NCBI RefSeq assembly: GCF_006345805.1
Contig: NC_043009.1
Location: forward strand, 11,160,001-11,224,000
Reading direction: 5' to 3'
Origin: Octopus sinensis
Lineage: Eukaryota
DNA: 64,000 nucleotides
The notes beneath the pieces were generated by a model. It saw nothing but the letters and a program-made list of their open reading frames with translations. It was not told the origin of the DNA and did not search any database. Made by a program: the position numbers and the translations under genes. This document shows, piece by piece, positions 51,100 through 64,000 of the stretch. Numbering within the stretch: the first letter of the stretch is position 1; every line of letters starts with the position of its first letter.

Positions 51100-52950
51100 T
51101 TTTTATTTGATACAGTGGGAGATGACGCATGAAGATGTACTGAGTGAATGCAATGGTAGCAGATGGTGAACAGTTTACAACATTAATATCCACAACTCTC
51201 AAACTCTCTTCCTCGCTATAAAATTCTTCTGTCGTCAATACTACGCCTAGAAAAAATTGTGATCAAATAGAATGGTGAATTTATGTTCTTGATTACTACT
51301 TCTGCATTTCATGTCCTAACTTTGATGCGCAGATGTATTGCTTGCTACAATATTGTGTCCAAACAGGTGAGTTCGTTCATCTTGGAACATTTGAAAGTGA
51401 TTACTTTTCCTTATACTTTTTTTCCCAGCTGCCCTTTTGAAGTCAACTAAAATTAGCTGCCATGTCTCAGTATAGACAGACCCATAACCCTTCTTGAATA
51501 TCTTGACTATACTCCAGAATAATGAACGCACATTCTTGTTTCACTATTTTCTCCCAGACTGCTTCCTCTGACATGATTTTATCCCAAGCTATCAGTTTCA
51601 CTAGAAATATGAACAAAACGTCCATTTTTAAAAGTATTGTTGCTGACATTTTCGTATGAATTACTTATCACTGTCGTTGTTGTCGTTTCCAACATCATCT
51701 TTCATTTGTTCTCATTGTGTATGCATCAGTTTTAATTGTGCTGTTACAATAATTTCCCCCCAATCCTTTGGCGTTTGATATGTGAGTGTTTGTGTCTGTC
51801 ATAATGCTCATTTGCATTTCCTGTCTCTGAAATGTATCATCAATTTTTATTGTCGGAGAATCCACATGTTGCTTGTGACGTTTTGTTGTGAAGCGTTTGC
51901 CAACGAAATACACAATATACACATGGCTAAATAACAGAACTTAAATCATACCTCAAAAAGGAAAGCGCACAAATATAGAGAATGCCAAATTAAAATATTT
52001 CAAGAAGGAATTAAATGAAATGAATATCCTCTTTCAGAAAATTAGTGGTATTAACCCCAGATCATCGCAGCTCGTAAAAGAAGCCTTGCTACGGAAAGAT
52101 AAGATAACTTCTAATTTTTCAAATAGACACAATGTCAGAAATTTAAGAACAGGATTTACTCGTTTAAATTGGCATCAGTAAAATCCCGGACGGAAGAAAA
52201 ACCAAGGTGATTTCAGTGGTATTTGAACTTCATAACTTGCCACAACTCCCTCTGCACGTTCTGTTTGCTTTTTCCTTGAGTCAATTTTGGAAGATTATAT
52301 AATTTTCACTGTTCCTATAGTTTGTTACTGCTCTTCATTATCCATATCCTCCTGACAGTCGCTATATGCTGGGATACTACCATTCGCTTTGTTCGACAAC
52401 GACAATTGTTCATATGTTTTGGTTTAAAAGGAAGTCTATTTGTTCTTCTTAATGATAGAACGGTGACGGTCTAAAAAGAAATAAAAACTGATTTATAGTG
52501 CTCTTTCTACCATCGTCATGTTTCCAACGACTTTGTGTTGGAAACTCGCAAATGATTCTAACTGTATGAATAAGGCCGCAATCCGTTGTGCACATATGCC
52601 AGCTCCGTTATGATCCTATGCTACGACAGCTAATGGGGTAAAACCATCATCAACATCTTTCCTTCTAACCATCTTGTGTAATCTCTGTTAAGTGGAACTA
52701 GCCTCTGGACAAATGACCATGTGCCATTCCTGTTCGGCCTAGTCCCCTGTCTTAGCCTGAGGTTTGAAAACAGAGTAACAGAGTATATGGTACCTGAAGC
52801 GCGATTCCATGAAATAGAGGAGATAACTCTTCACATATCGTCAAGTTCTTCTTTTGGCTATAGAACTCAATTGAGGTGGAGAATTTTAGTAACATGTATC
52901 AACCACTGATTGCATTTCTCCAATCACTTGCTCGTAATGGATTTTTCTCT
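51100..52950 (-). pseudogene. Possible very old RTE-like LINE remnant (APE then RT)
   Basis: Weak motifs in correct order and spacing on minus: SRWKHDDGRKSTINQFL (about 52520) and LILVDFKRA (about 51440; cf. FIDFKKAFD). Confidence 0.3.
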
Positions 52951-53190
52951 ATAGATACCAAATGAAGCTGAAGATTTCCTCGTTACGTGTGTTGACAAAA
53001 TATACATTTCAACTCCTGAAATATTTCCATACAAACTTCATGCATACACATACATGCACACATACAAATCATCACAAGTAAGCACAATTACACACACTTA
53101 TATTATATATACATGTACGTATAAAGGGAGAGATAGGTAAGTAACCAGATAAATAGATAGATACATAGATAGATATATAGATAGATAGAC

Positions 53191-53287
<97 letters not shown>

Positions 53288-53944
53288 TGCGGATAGAAAA
53301 GTGATACGAAGTAATTACTTGGATGATCAGACATCTAATGATTAGATTGCAATCAAGCCTTCAATCAAGTCTGGGGGAGAAAGATTGATCGATACTCAGA
53401 ACAACAAAAGACTTATAAAAGGTGTAATATAATCAGCGATTATTCCCAACACTGCACGGGGCCTGAAAAATTATTCTCGAAAGTAAACAAGATAAAGTTT
53501 GAATGACAGACATGTACTTCTTGTCAGATCATCTGTCTAGGTAAAGGAAACTCCGATGTAAAAATGTTTAAATCCGTCAGATTCTGCTCATTCCACCATA
53601 TTTTGGTCCAGGAAGAGGAACAGCTATTCCAGCTGAAAAGTGCAAGCCTCGTTCACTTTGGTTTCACGCAGTGCAACTTGATAAAAAGTGGTACCAAATC
53701 AGTCTTTGTTTTAATATGAGTCAGCGACAAGCCGCCATCACTGTGGTTTTAGTTTGGAAGCTCCTGAGAGTACATGGTACGTTTAGCCTAGCTGTAAACA
53801 AGAACAATTCTCAAGTCGCTTACAAGGAAAGCATCCTAACTTGATTCTGCAGTTTATGTGGTTACAGTCTGTCTAAAATGCATGAATGTACTTGGAAAGG
53901 AATTGACTTAATCCATCCAGCGATGCATCCATCGATCCATTGAT

Positions 53945-53987
53945 GCATCCATCCATCCATCCATCCATCCATCTATCTATCTATCTA

Positions 53988-54055
<68 letters not shown>

Positions 54056-54200
54056 CATCCATCCATCCATCCATCCATCCATTCATCCATCCATCCATCC
54101 ATCCATCCATTCATCCATCCATCCATCCATCCATCCATCCATCTATCCATCCATCCATCCATCCATCCATCTATCCATCTATCTATCTATCTATCTATCC

Positions 54201-54263
<63 letters not shown>

Positions 54264-54366
54264 CATCATCCATCCATCCATCCATCCATTCATCCATCCA
54301 TCCATCCATCCATCCATCCATCCATCCATCCATCCATCCATCCATCCATCTATCCATCCATCATCC

Positions 54367-54421
<55 letters not shown>

Positions 54422-54490
54422 CATCCATCCATCCATCCATCCATCCATCCATTCATCCATCCATCCATCCATCCATCCATCCATCTATCC

Positions 54491-54564
<74 letters not shown>

Positions 54565-54565
54565 A

Positions 54566-54617
<52 letters not shown>
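53945..54617. repeat. Compound (ATCC)n/(ATCT)n tetranucleotide array
   Basis: Read directly; alternating blocks. Confidence 0.97.
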
Positions 54618-55102
54618 AAACAATCTTTAAACATATTATGCTCGACTAACCATGTGAAAATATCCCGACTAAATTCTGATATAACTGGTTGAAACAAATA
54701 TTTAATCAAGTAATTCAACGAAAGTAGGCGGAAGGCCATTGTTGTTATTGAAATATGCTCTTTCAAATCAATTAGACGTATTTCATCAACGATTTTACTA
54801 TAATGAAATCAGTTCATATGGAAAAATCTCATTTTCCTTTTAATATGTTGCAAGGGAATCGAATGAAAGTTCACATGTCCTTTTCCACTGTTTTTGGCTG
54901 GCGAATTGCATTAAATATGTCTGCAGCTTTTTATATTAATCGATAATAATAATGATAATAATAGTAGCAGTGTCAATGCACGAGGGATTGTAGTGTCATC
55001 TATCAAGTAACATATCCTTTATCTGTAATGGTGGAAGTAATGGGATGTATGATAACACCGGATCCGATTTCATTAGTCTTTGTCACTGGATGATGGAGAC
55101 TT

Positions 55103-55305
<203 letters not shown>

Positions 55306-55395
55306 ACGTTTCAGAAGTTGCAGATTGAAAGATAAGTATCCGTACTGTAATATTATAATGTTATCTATGTGTCACAACTATTTCAATGTGGTGTA

Positions 55396-55437
<42 letters not shown>

Positions 55438-55449
55438 TATATGTATACA

Positions 55450-55495
<46 letters not shown>

Positions 55496-56713
55496 CATAC
55501 ATATATATATATCTGTATATTCATACTTATAGGAGTACATCTTTAAACGTCCACGATCCTATTTATATATAATATGAACAATATATATATACACATCTCA
55601 CTCTGCCTCTCTTTGTCTGTCTCCCTATGTCTACCACACTCCCCTCTCGCTATATATATAGACATATATATGTATGTATACTCACTCACACACACATATA
55701 TATATATATATGTGTGTATGTATGTATATACATACACAGAGCCTCAAACGAGCTCACAGACACGGATTAGACACGCACACAAACTCACGCTTATATAAAT
55801 AACAATTACGAATATGTATCGATAGATGTTTGGATGAAATGCTTAGCAATATAAGCCCGAAATATTTTCACAGTGTGTTCAGATCCGGTCGAGATCAACT
55901 GTGTCTTCCATTCATCCGGAGTCTATAATTATACTATTATAAATGACATACTGGTATTTACTTAGTCGCCATTTTTTTTCTTTTACTTCATGCTGGCAAC
56001 TCTTACCATTTTACTGCAGCAAAGATGCGTTAGTCTTTGCTCTTCCTTTGGCTAACTTTCAAAGCGATTGTAAAAGTGAGCTGCTACATGACCAACTGCT
56101 AGTTTTCCATATGGCATTAACCTGGCCTACAGTCAAGAGGAGATTCTAATATCGCGTCCCCGCTCTCTGCCAGCAAAAACTGAATCAACGTAGTGCACGC
56201 ATTCATATTCACGTACTTTAAAGACATACAGATGTCAAAGCAATTTATTTACGTACAAATACGTGTGTATTTACTTTGTTAGTCTTTTACTTATTTTAGT
56301 CATTAGACAGTTGTTATGAGCGAGATCCTACTCTCAAGAGAGAATGCAAATTTGGATGTTTATTTGTCCCCAACTTTACACTTATGCATTTGCGCACTGG
56401 AAACTGGATTTGCAATACATTGCTACGCTACGCCCAGTTTGCCGGAACAGGACTCTTTTGACCCTATGGAATAACATATTGCAGCATGTGTATTTTAACA
56501 CAGTAATGTACTACACGTTTGCATATATGTCGCAGATATAAACAACAGGAGACCAAGAACAGAGCATCTAAGCGCATAACATGCATAATACCATGACACT
56601 TTTCGCCTTCACTCCTTTATAAACATGAGCTCGTATGCATATTGCAGAGGGTTTGGGCATTAAATCGTTTGTATGGACACTCAGTGCGTGAAAACGGACG
56701 ACAGCCGCCAAGC

Positions 56714-56747
<34 letters not shown>

Positions 56748-57698
56748 ATTGTAATCGCTATAAAACATGTAGAATACTGGAGCACTCATTCAGCTCACTA
56801 AACAATATATTAATTATCCGGTTTAATACGAATAGTTTTTAGATTCTATTTGTCGAATCAATGGGAAAAGTGAGGCGCGTCAGTAATTTTTTGTTTGTCT
56901 TTTTTATTTGTTTAACGTGCCTCAGCAGATTTTTCTATGACGCTTACGTTCAGTTTTAGCTTCAGTTTGAAAATTGTGTATAATTTCTTGGAAAGGTCGT
57001 CAGTGTCAATGGACAAATTCTTCTGATCATGGCTGTTTAAGAATTGATTTTATACTTTGCGCTAATGCAATGGATAAATAAATATTTATCTGTACGTAAA
57101 CGAAAGCGTGTACTACACCGTATATTAGTCTCCATCCGATGTTTCTTAGTAGCACTAGATGTGTATGAAATTGGTCCAAACTATGCAAATGTCAGTACCT
57201 ATAAAATTATGTCACCATACATGAGTTGCATGTGTGTCTGTGTGTGTGTGTGTTTGCATGAGTGCACTTCTGTTTATACTTTATTGCACTTTACATATAA
57301 TGTACATCTCTGCGGGCTTCATTTTGTCTATTCATGTACGCATTTAACTTCAGTTTAATGTTCACACCCATACACATAAATACAGACACAAACAATCACA
57401 CACACACATACACAAACACACAGATGCACGCACACACAGAGACGCACACTCACACACACATAATCACATCTGCACGATCATGGAAATACCTATACGCAGT
57501 TACCTATATCTACACTTATCTATACATATCTACATACAAATACAAGGGAGAGTCTAAGTTATCACTCAATCTGCTAGAAATAGCACTCAAATCTCTGTCA
57601 ACTCTCTGTTATGTTAGCTCCATAAAAAGTAACAAGTCTTAGAGGTAGAAGAAATAGAGTGTCCAAGGTTAAATAGAATATAGTAGCTGGTCCCATGC

Positions 57699-57844
57699 CG
57701 CCAAAAAAGACGGCCATTTGTAGTATTTTGCGGAGGTAAAGAAGACGCACGCCTCCCGTTTTTGGCGTGATCCTAACCTTAACCTAAACCTTGACCCTAA
57801 CCCCTAATCCTAACCCTAAACAACCGATGTGCGTATTCTTTACC
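57699..57844. repeat. Degenerate (CCCTAA)n telomere-like tract flanked by interleaved inverted repeats
   Basis: About 8 imperfect units at 57772-57820; inverted repeats 57735-50/57829-44 and 57699-713/57756-67. Confidence 0.75.
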
Positions 57845-58394
57845 TTCGCCGTAGTATTTTATATATAAATAAGGTACAAAAGCAAGTTTTTAGTTTAATT
57901 ATTCTCTTATTACTAAATTGTTTTGTGAAAAATCTATCCGCAATTAACATCCCTTGACTACTTGTTTACTTCAAAAGAATTTTCCTTCTTTGTTGTACGA
58001 ATTTCCTTCCTACTTGTAAGACTTAAGGCCATATAAAGCTGGCTGTGACTAAATACGGGAGCTGGCAAGTGAATATGAACGTTTTCGAAGCGACGTTTCC
58101 TTTCAAGTGAGCTCTCCATTACTGAAACCAACCTAAACTTATTTGACTTAGAGCCACAAAAAACAGTCCCTATTCAAAATGTATTACATAAATTTGTTAA
58201 TATAAATAAATTAGACACATGTATGAACTGTTTGATGTGTATTTACAATATACTTTTCAACTGCAGTCGTTTTAAACTCTTGATACCCTCAGTCATTATT
58301 TTCTCTAATGAGTTTGTATATGTATATGCTTGTGTAGATGGGGGTGATTGTAATAATTATTTGTAACACAATAGATAAAATATGGATGTTAACT

Positions 58395-58630
58395 CAAATT
58401 AATACGCTACGATGTATGGACTTGTACAAAGTTTGAATTGTTTCCAAAGGAATTTTTGTCCATTCTTCAACTAAAATAGTCTCCAGTTCTTGTAGTGATG
58501 ATGGTGGACTCCTTGCTTGTTTTTCTAACATGCACCATAAATGTTCAATAGTATTGAGATCTGGGAGCTGTGGTGGACAGATAAGATGTTCAAATTCACT
58601 AGAATGTTCCTCGTGTCATTTAGTAACAAC
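58395..58630 (-). pseudogene. Tc1-like (DD34E) transposase C-terminal remnant
   Basis: CPPQLPDLNTIEHLWCMLEKQARSPPSSLQELETILVEEWTKIPLETIQTLYKSI (cf. WPPQSPDLNPIEHLW). Confidence 0.85.
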
Positions 58631-58857
58631 TTGTGGTCATTTAGTAACAACTGTGTGGTCGGAAATAAGGTAAAGGATTACTCGTCCGAGAAAACAACAC
58701 CCTTCCACTGCTCTGGGGACCAAATCTGTAGGTTTTTACTCTAACAAACGCTTTGCAACGTTTGTTCTTGAAGGTACGGGTTTTCTGATTGCGACCCTCC
58801 TGTGAAATCCAGCTTTGAGCAGCTCCCGACGAACAGTCTTTTTGTGGAAACTGGGTT

Positions 58858-58968
58858 CCCGATGAAAGGCAAAGTCGACCTAGGCGGAATTTGAACTCAG
58901 AACGTACCGGCAGACGAAATACCGCTAAGCATTTCGCCCTGCGTGCTAACAATTCTGCCAGCTCGCTG
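58858..58968 (-). mobile_element. SINE family B 5' half
   Basis: Head and B-box region on minus. Confidence 0.85.
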
Positions 58969-59069
58969 ACGTATATTTACGATTTCTCAGATCCTTCAAC
59001 AGTCACCCCCGCTGGCAGTGGTATGTCTTAGGGAAGGAAGAATTTATAAAAAGATTTTTTCTCTGCGAG

Positions 59070-59273
59070 CAGATCTGATTTTGATTCGTCAAAAAATTGA
59101 TGACGTTTTACCTCCGTGGTCAAGCTTGTCGCCCTACTTGGTTGGTTTCCTTACAAGATACAGTTATGGGTCAGATCTGATTTTGATTCGATAAAAAATT
59201 GATGACGTTTTTCTTCTGTGGTCAAGCTTGTCGTTCTGCTTGGTTGGTTTCCTAACAGGATACAGTTATGGGT
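59070..59273. repeat. 102-bp tandem duplication (about 90% identical)
   Basis: Units 59070-59171 and 59172-59273, both starting CAGATCTGATTTTGATTCG. Confidence 0.92.
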
Positions 59274-59747
59274 CTTTTCCCTATATTCGTTGAAGCTGGG
59301 TCTTGATTGGTTTGGAATTATATGACGTCAGTGAACAGTGCCAGAGTAGCTGGTATAACCCCAACAACCACCACCAAGGTTACCAAAATTACGACCAACA
59401 GACGACGACCAAGAATCACTACTGTTGCTTCCATTGGAACACAAGGTAAAATCTATAATGGACTTCTCCACTACATTCGACAAAACAGTAAGGAACGACT
59501 ATGGATTTTTTCTATTATACTTTTTATAATATATTTGATAAGGTTCGCCTTTTTAAGAACATGGATTCTATTGAATGTATGTAACAATTATGAACTGTTC
59601 CACTATACTGTTTATTATAAATTTTTTTGATAAAGTTCGTTATTTCAAGAACCGAAACATGTAAAATTAAAATTTATCTAATATAGTGGCGTTTTCAAAC
59701 TTCTTTTTTACAAATATATACCCACTCGTATACGATCTACTCTTATT

Positions 59748-60078
<331 letters not shown>

Positions 60079-60149
60079 GATAATAAGGAAATTGTAAATA
60101 AAAGCAAGTAGTTTTGTTTTAGTATTGTGAATCCTCCAGAATCCAACGA

Positions 60150-61000
60150 ATTATTTTACCGCAATCTACCTGAAAAATTATATAAACATTTTTCATATAC
60201 AACAATTTCCCCATAGGCCTTGGATACTTAATCTACCGGATTTTCTGCCAGAAGAACTGTGATTTTTTTTTCTTGTATCACTAAATAATATTGGATGTTA
60301 TTTATGCAGCAATATTTTGACATTTTTTTTGCTATATTTTTAAATAACACTTTTCTCACATTCGCTAACTCTCTTTGCAATATCCTGCGCGGCATTTCCG
60401 TTATAAATCTTCCTGGATTTCAAAAATACAATATACCTGACATTTTTACTTCCAGCAATATTTGTCATATATCCGATTATTTGTTTTTTTACACAGCAAA
60501 TAACGATTTATTTAAAAATTCTCAACAGAATCAAATTTAACAATTTCTCTATCATAGAAGATAGTATTTCTAAAGTTGGTGCCTTATAGAATCATTTCCA
60601 GACCAACATTTCAAATATATTTGTATTTTTGCAGATTAAGCTAATGCTCTCCTATCAATCGCTATGTTGATTTTAATCTGTATAAGGACTTTTATTGCTA
60701 AGGCTAACCCCAGAACTTATGACTGTCATCGTCTTTAAATAAATCGTCTCTATCACATAAAGTGGGGAAGTAGGATCTCAAAACGTCAAAGCATGCCAAA
60801 CATGGTAATATGTTACTTTCAGTCCTTCAGTAACAGCTTCCATCCAGTTTCCTGTTAATGATTTAATAATGATAGCTTCCACCCAGATGCTTTGTTGATG
60901 ATCTCATCCTTTATTTCTCTGTTTTAAATATTTAGTTTTTGAAGTGGTGATTTATCCCGCGACAAAATTCCATGGATTTAGATGCACCTTTAACAATCTT
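60150..61000 (-). pseudogene. Possible very old RTE-like RT remnant
   Basis: Weak motifs on minus: DLFKDD (cf. LFADD), NVGLEM, VRYIVFLKS.IYNGNAAQDIAKRVS. Confidence 0.3.
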
Positions 61001-61401
61001 TGCTCTAATCTTAAGTGCTAGCCACTGAAGATTTGATTTTAGTACTTTTACCTGAAAATTGATCTCAGTGTCTGAACTACATTTTCACTGCGTGTAAGGA
61101 AAAGCCAAATGCTCGGTAAAATTTTTCACTTCTTTATAAAAAAAAAGTGATTTGTGTTTAAATAGTTTTTAAAAAATCATGTTACTTTACCTTAACTAAA
61201 ACTGCAATCAAACGAATACTACTGAACAGTGCTGCTATCGGGTGTTCTGAAAAAGAGAAGCCAGTCACTATTCTCACTCATTATCCAACTTAACAACTTC
61301 ATCTACTTAAAGTTATAAATAGCAGAAATAATTTTTGCCCCTATCGCTACACTAACATGCACTTTTTGAATGTAAAACAATTGCAATTTTACCAAACATG
61401 A

Positions 61402-61614
61402 CTATTTCTTTACTACCCACAAGGGGCTAAACATAGAGAGGACAAACAAGGACAGACAAACGGATTAAGTCGATTATATCGACCCCAGTGCGTGAATGGT
61501 ACTTATTTAATCGACCCCGAAAGGATGAAAGGCAAAGTCGACCTCGACGGAATTTGAACTCAGAACGTAGAGACAGAGAAAATGCCGCTAACCATTCGCT
61601 TGGCTCACCGCCTT
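61402..61614 (-). mobile_element. SINE family B with 16-bp TSD
   Basis: aattttaccaaacatg at 61385-61400 and 61615-61630. Confidence 0.92.
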
Positions 61615-64000
61615 AATTTTACCAAACATGCCTTCAGATAAATATTTAGTTTTGGTTTAAACTTCTCCACAGTGACTACATTTGTAGTCGAAATAATATT
61701 ATGTCTTTTCTATCATTAGCCATTTAAGCATTCCCAATGACTGTCCACGGTACAGATTTCAAACCAAACCTCAATTTGCGTACGAGACACATCGTTTCTT
61801 TTGCTTTTGAAAGTTTTAGATTATCTTATACACTATTCCTCTTTCGCATTGATATATAAACTTTCTGCCTCCAAATAGCCGCAGCCATACGGCTGGAACA
61901 AATAAATACCACATTTTGTATGTTGTTTAGTGATTAGATGTATATTTAAATGTATTCCGGCAGTGACTGACCAATGACTATTAATTTTTTTTTAATAAAA
62001 TTAACGTATGAGTAAAAGACTTGGTTGCTATTTCTTGTGGGTTTAACCTGTAAAGTCTGTTGTGACAGTTCAATATTTTGTTTGTTATTTCTCCAAGAAA
62101 GATCTTTTTTAGAGATCTTGTAAAAAAAATTCTATTTACTCTCGAGCACGACTACTTCTTTAGTTGTATTTTCTACTATTTTCTTAAAATTTATTCTGTT
62201 GAAATGGCTTTAATAATTTTTTTTCCTTTCAGTATCACATTATATTCTGAATTCTTTTTATCTTTCTTCAATTCATATCACATTTTTAAATCTTTATATT
62301 AATACTTATATTATACTTTCTGGAAAATGTTTACATTTTATCTTTCTTGATATTTTCTCATTTAATTCGAATACTTTTTTATATATAGCTATATCGTTTA
62401 CTCATTTCACCTTTTAAAATTTTTATCTCAAAACTCTTTCCGTTTTATATTGTTTATGTGCTCAATAAATTTTGTTATAACACAAAATATAATACAAATT
62501 AGCCTGAGTTAAGTCGTTTGTGTCTTTAATTATTTCTAGCGTAACTGTTATCTTGTTTCCTTCTATTTTATTACCTAACAATTTTGTGGATCTTAATTGT
62601 TATAAGTTTTATTTCATTAAGCTCTCATATATTTCCTTCAATAATATCTGTTTCCTCTACTTGTGCCTAATAATTCGATTATTCTCTTAAATATTACGGT
62701 ACTACATCAAATGATACTGATTCTACCTTCATTCGTTTTTGAGCATATTCTATTATTCCTCAAGTACGCATATTTGATGCACATATCCTAACATTGCAAG
62801 CTCATTGTTTATGTTTTCTTGTTCGTGTGTTCGTTTTCTTTTTGTTTATCCTTGCGTTTGATCACATTATTAAAAAAAAACAACTGTAAATTTGTTTACT
62901 CTTTCTTTTCCTTTGTGAATAGTTAATCTGGATAAAAAAAAAGTACAAAATATTTGTTCAATTCTGAGCTTGTTGAGGAGACGGTAACAACGAAAAAAAA
63001 ATTTGCTTCCCTTCTCTGCTAGAAACACCATTTAAATTCCTGGTGTATCATGACCAAGCACCTTACAAAATGAAGAAGATGCAGTAATGTAGTTCTGAAT
63101 ACAATATATGTTGGGAAAAATTAAAAAAAATGGAAAGAAAAAAAGAAGGAATATATCTCTGGCTGTTGTTCTGTTCGATATAACTATTGTAGGCCTAAAC
63201 AAAAAGAGAAACAATATATAACCTTGTTACTGTTGTTCTTTTAAAATTTTGTTGGAAGCAGAGTATTTAGTTTTGTTTAATACTGAATGCATAGTTATAT
63301 CGATTTACCGAATTACTTTGAGCAATTTTTCGATATATTTTCCACGGATCATGTTATCAATCAAACTAAATATAATTCCTACTATAACATAGATTATATA
63401 ATTCTTAAAGTCCTATAATTCTTTCACTCTATAAATCTTCTAATCCTATTAGAGACTAGAGATTTTGTTGAAATGCACTTAGTCTAGTATCAAAATTCCT
63501 AAAAGTGTAACTATTGCGTGAACGTGGTGAAATTTGCAGGTTCGACATTATGACGAATTTAGTAAAACGTGAAATTGGATTGCATTCGTTTTCAGGCTCT
63601 TTTCACTTTCCCATGTGCATTCCTCTAATGAGTTCTACTGAGGCAGAAACAAACGAGCACAACTAACCACTTATCTCCAGAAAATAAGCCTGTCCTTTTT
63701 CATGAATGGCATGTAAAATTTGAGGAATTATTAATTCTCGAAATTATTTATTTCCTTCTCAAATATGGAGCTGGTCTCAACAGCCATTTTGGCCTCTCAA
63801 GGCAAAGGTAAATTTAGTTAAGCAACAATGTATGCTATAAGATATATGGTGTAATTTGTGTACACCGTGTGCGTATATATATATATATATGTATAGTAGA
63901 AATATGTTACGAAAAGAAAATATAAAATACACGTGGAAATGTAAGGGTAAAATATGAAAAATCAGCGAAAATGCACATTGCAAATAAAAAAAGGCTATTT

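Noticed and set aside
53940-54692. 250-aa ORF and the many other I/Y, T/H, V/C, L or S-rich ORFs in the track
   Set aside because: Pure read-through of (ATCC)n, (TA)n, (CA)n or triplet repeats; no protein-like complexity.
59070-59273. CRISPR-like or satellite array
   Set aside because: Only two adjacent units with no spacers; eukaryotic context; no CRISPR array anywhere in the window.

Overview
A repeat-saturated, AT-rich eukaryotic window with no host protein-coding gene that I can support. It reads as intron or intergenic DNA. The SINE families and dense (TA)n/(CA)n/(TATC)n microsatellites look like an octopus (coleoid cephalopod) genome; this is recognition from memory, not a search. Contents: more than 25 tRNA-derived SINE copies in about three families; decayed DNA transposons (two mariner derivatives with TA target duplications, a maT/DD37D-like transposase pseudogene, a Tc1 3' end, a Helitron-like element); decayed non-LTR retrotransposons (R4/Dong-like x3, Hero-like, several RTE-like, one Jockey/CR1-like); Penelope-like element (PLE) remnants; and one 100-N gap. 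Almost all ORFs in the supplied track are microsatellite read-through. The most notable signal is a set of short, microsatellite-embedded PLE terminal-repeat-like elements carrying minimal hammerhead-ribozyme motifs. Some of these occur as head-to-head fold-back pairs of different apparent ages (9.1-9.5 kb and 31.9-32.3 kb), and a third, AT-rich fold-back without a visible ribozyme core lies at 11.8-12.0 kb. Also notable: a mariner nested in a Dong-like LINE that holds a 173-bp piece of a neighbouring LINE with the same disabling lesions, and an RTE fragment with twin-priming-like inversion geometry.
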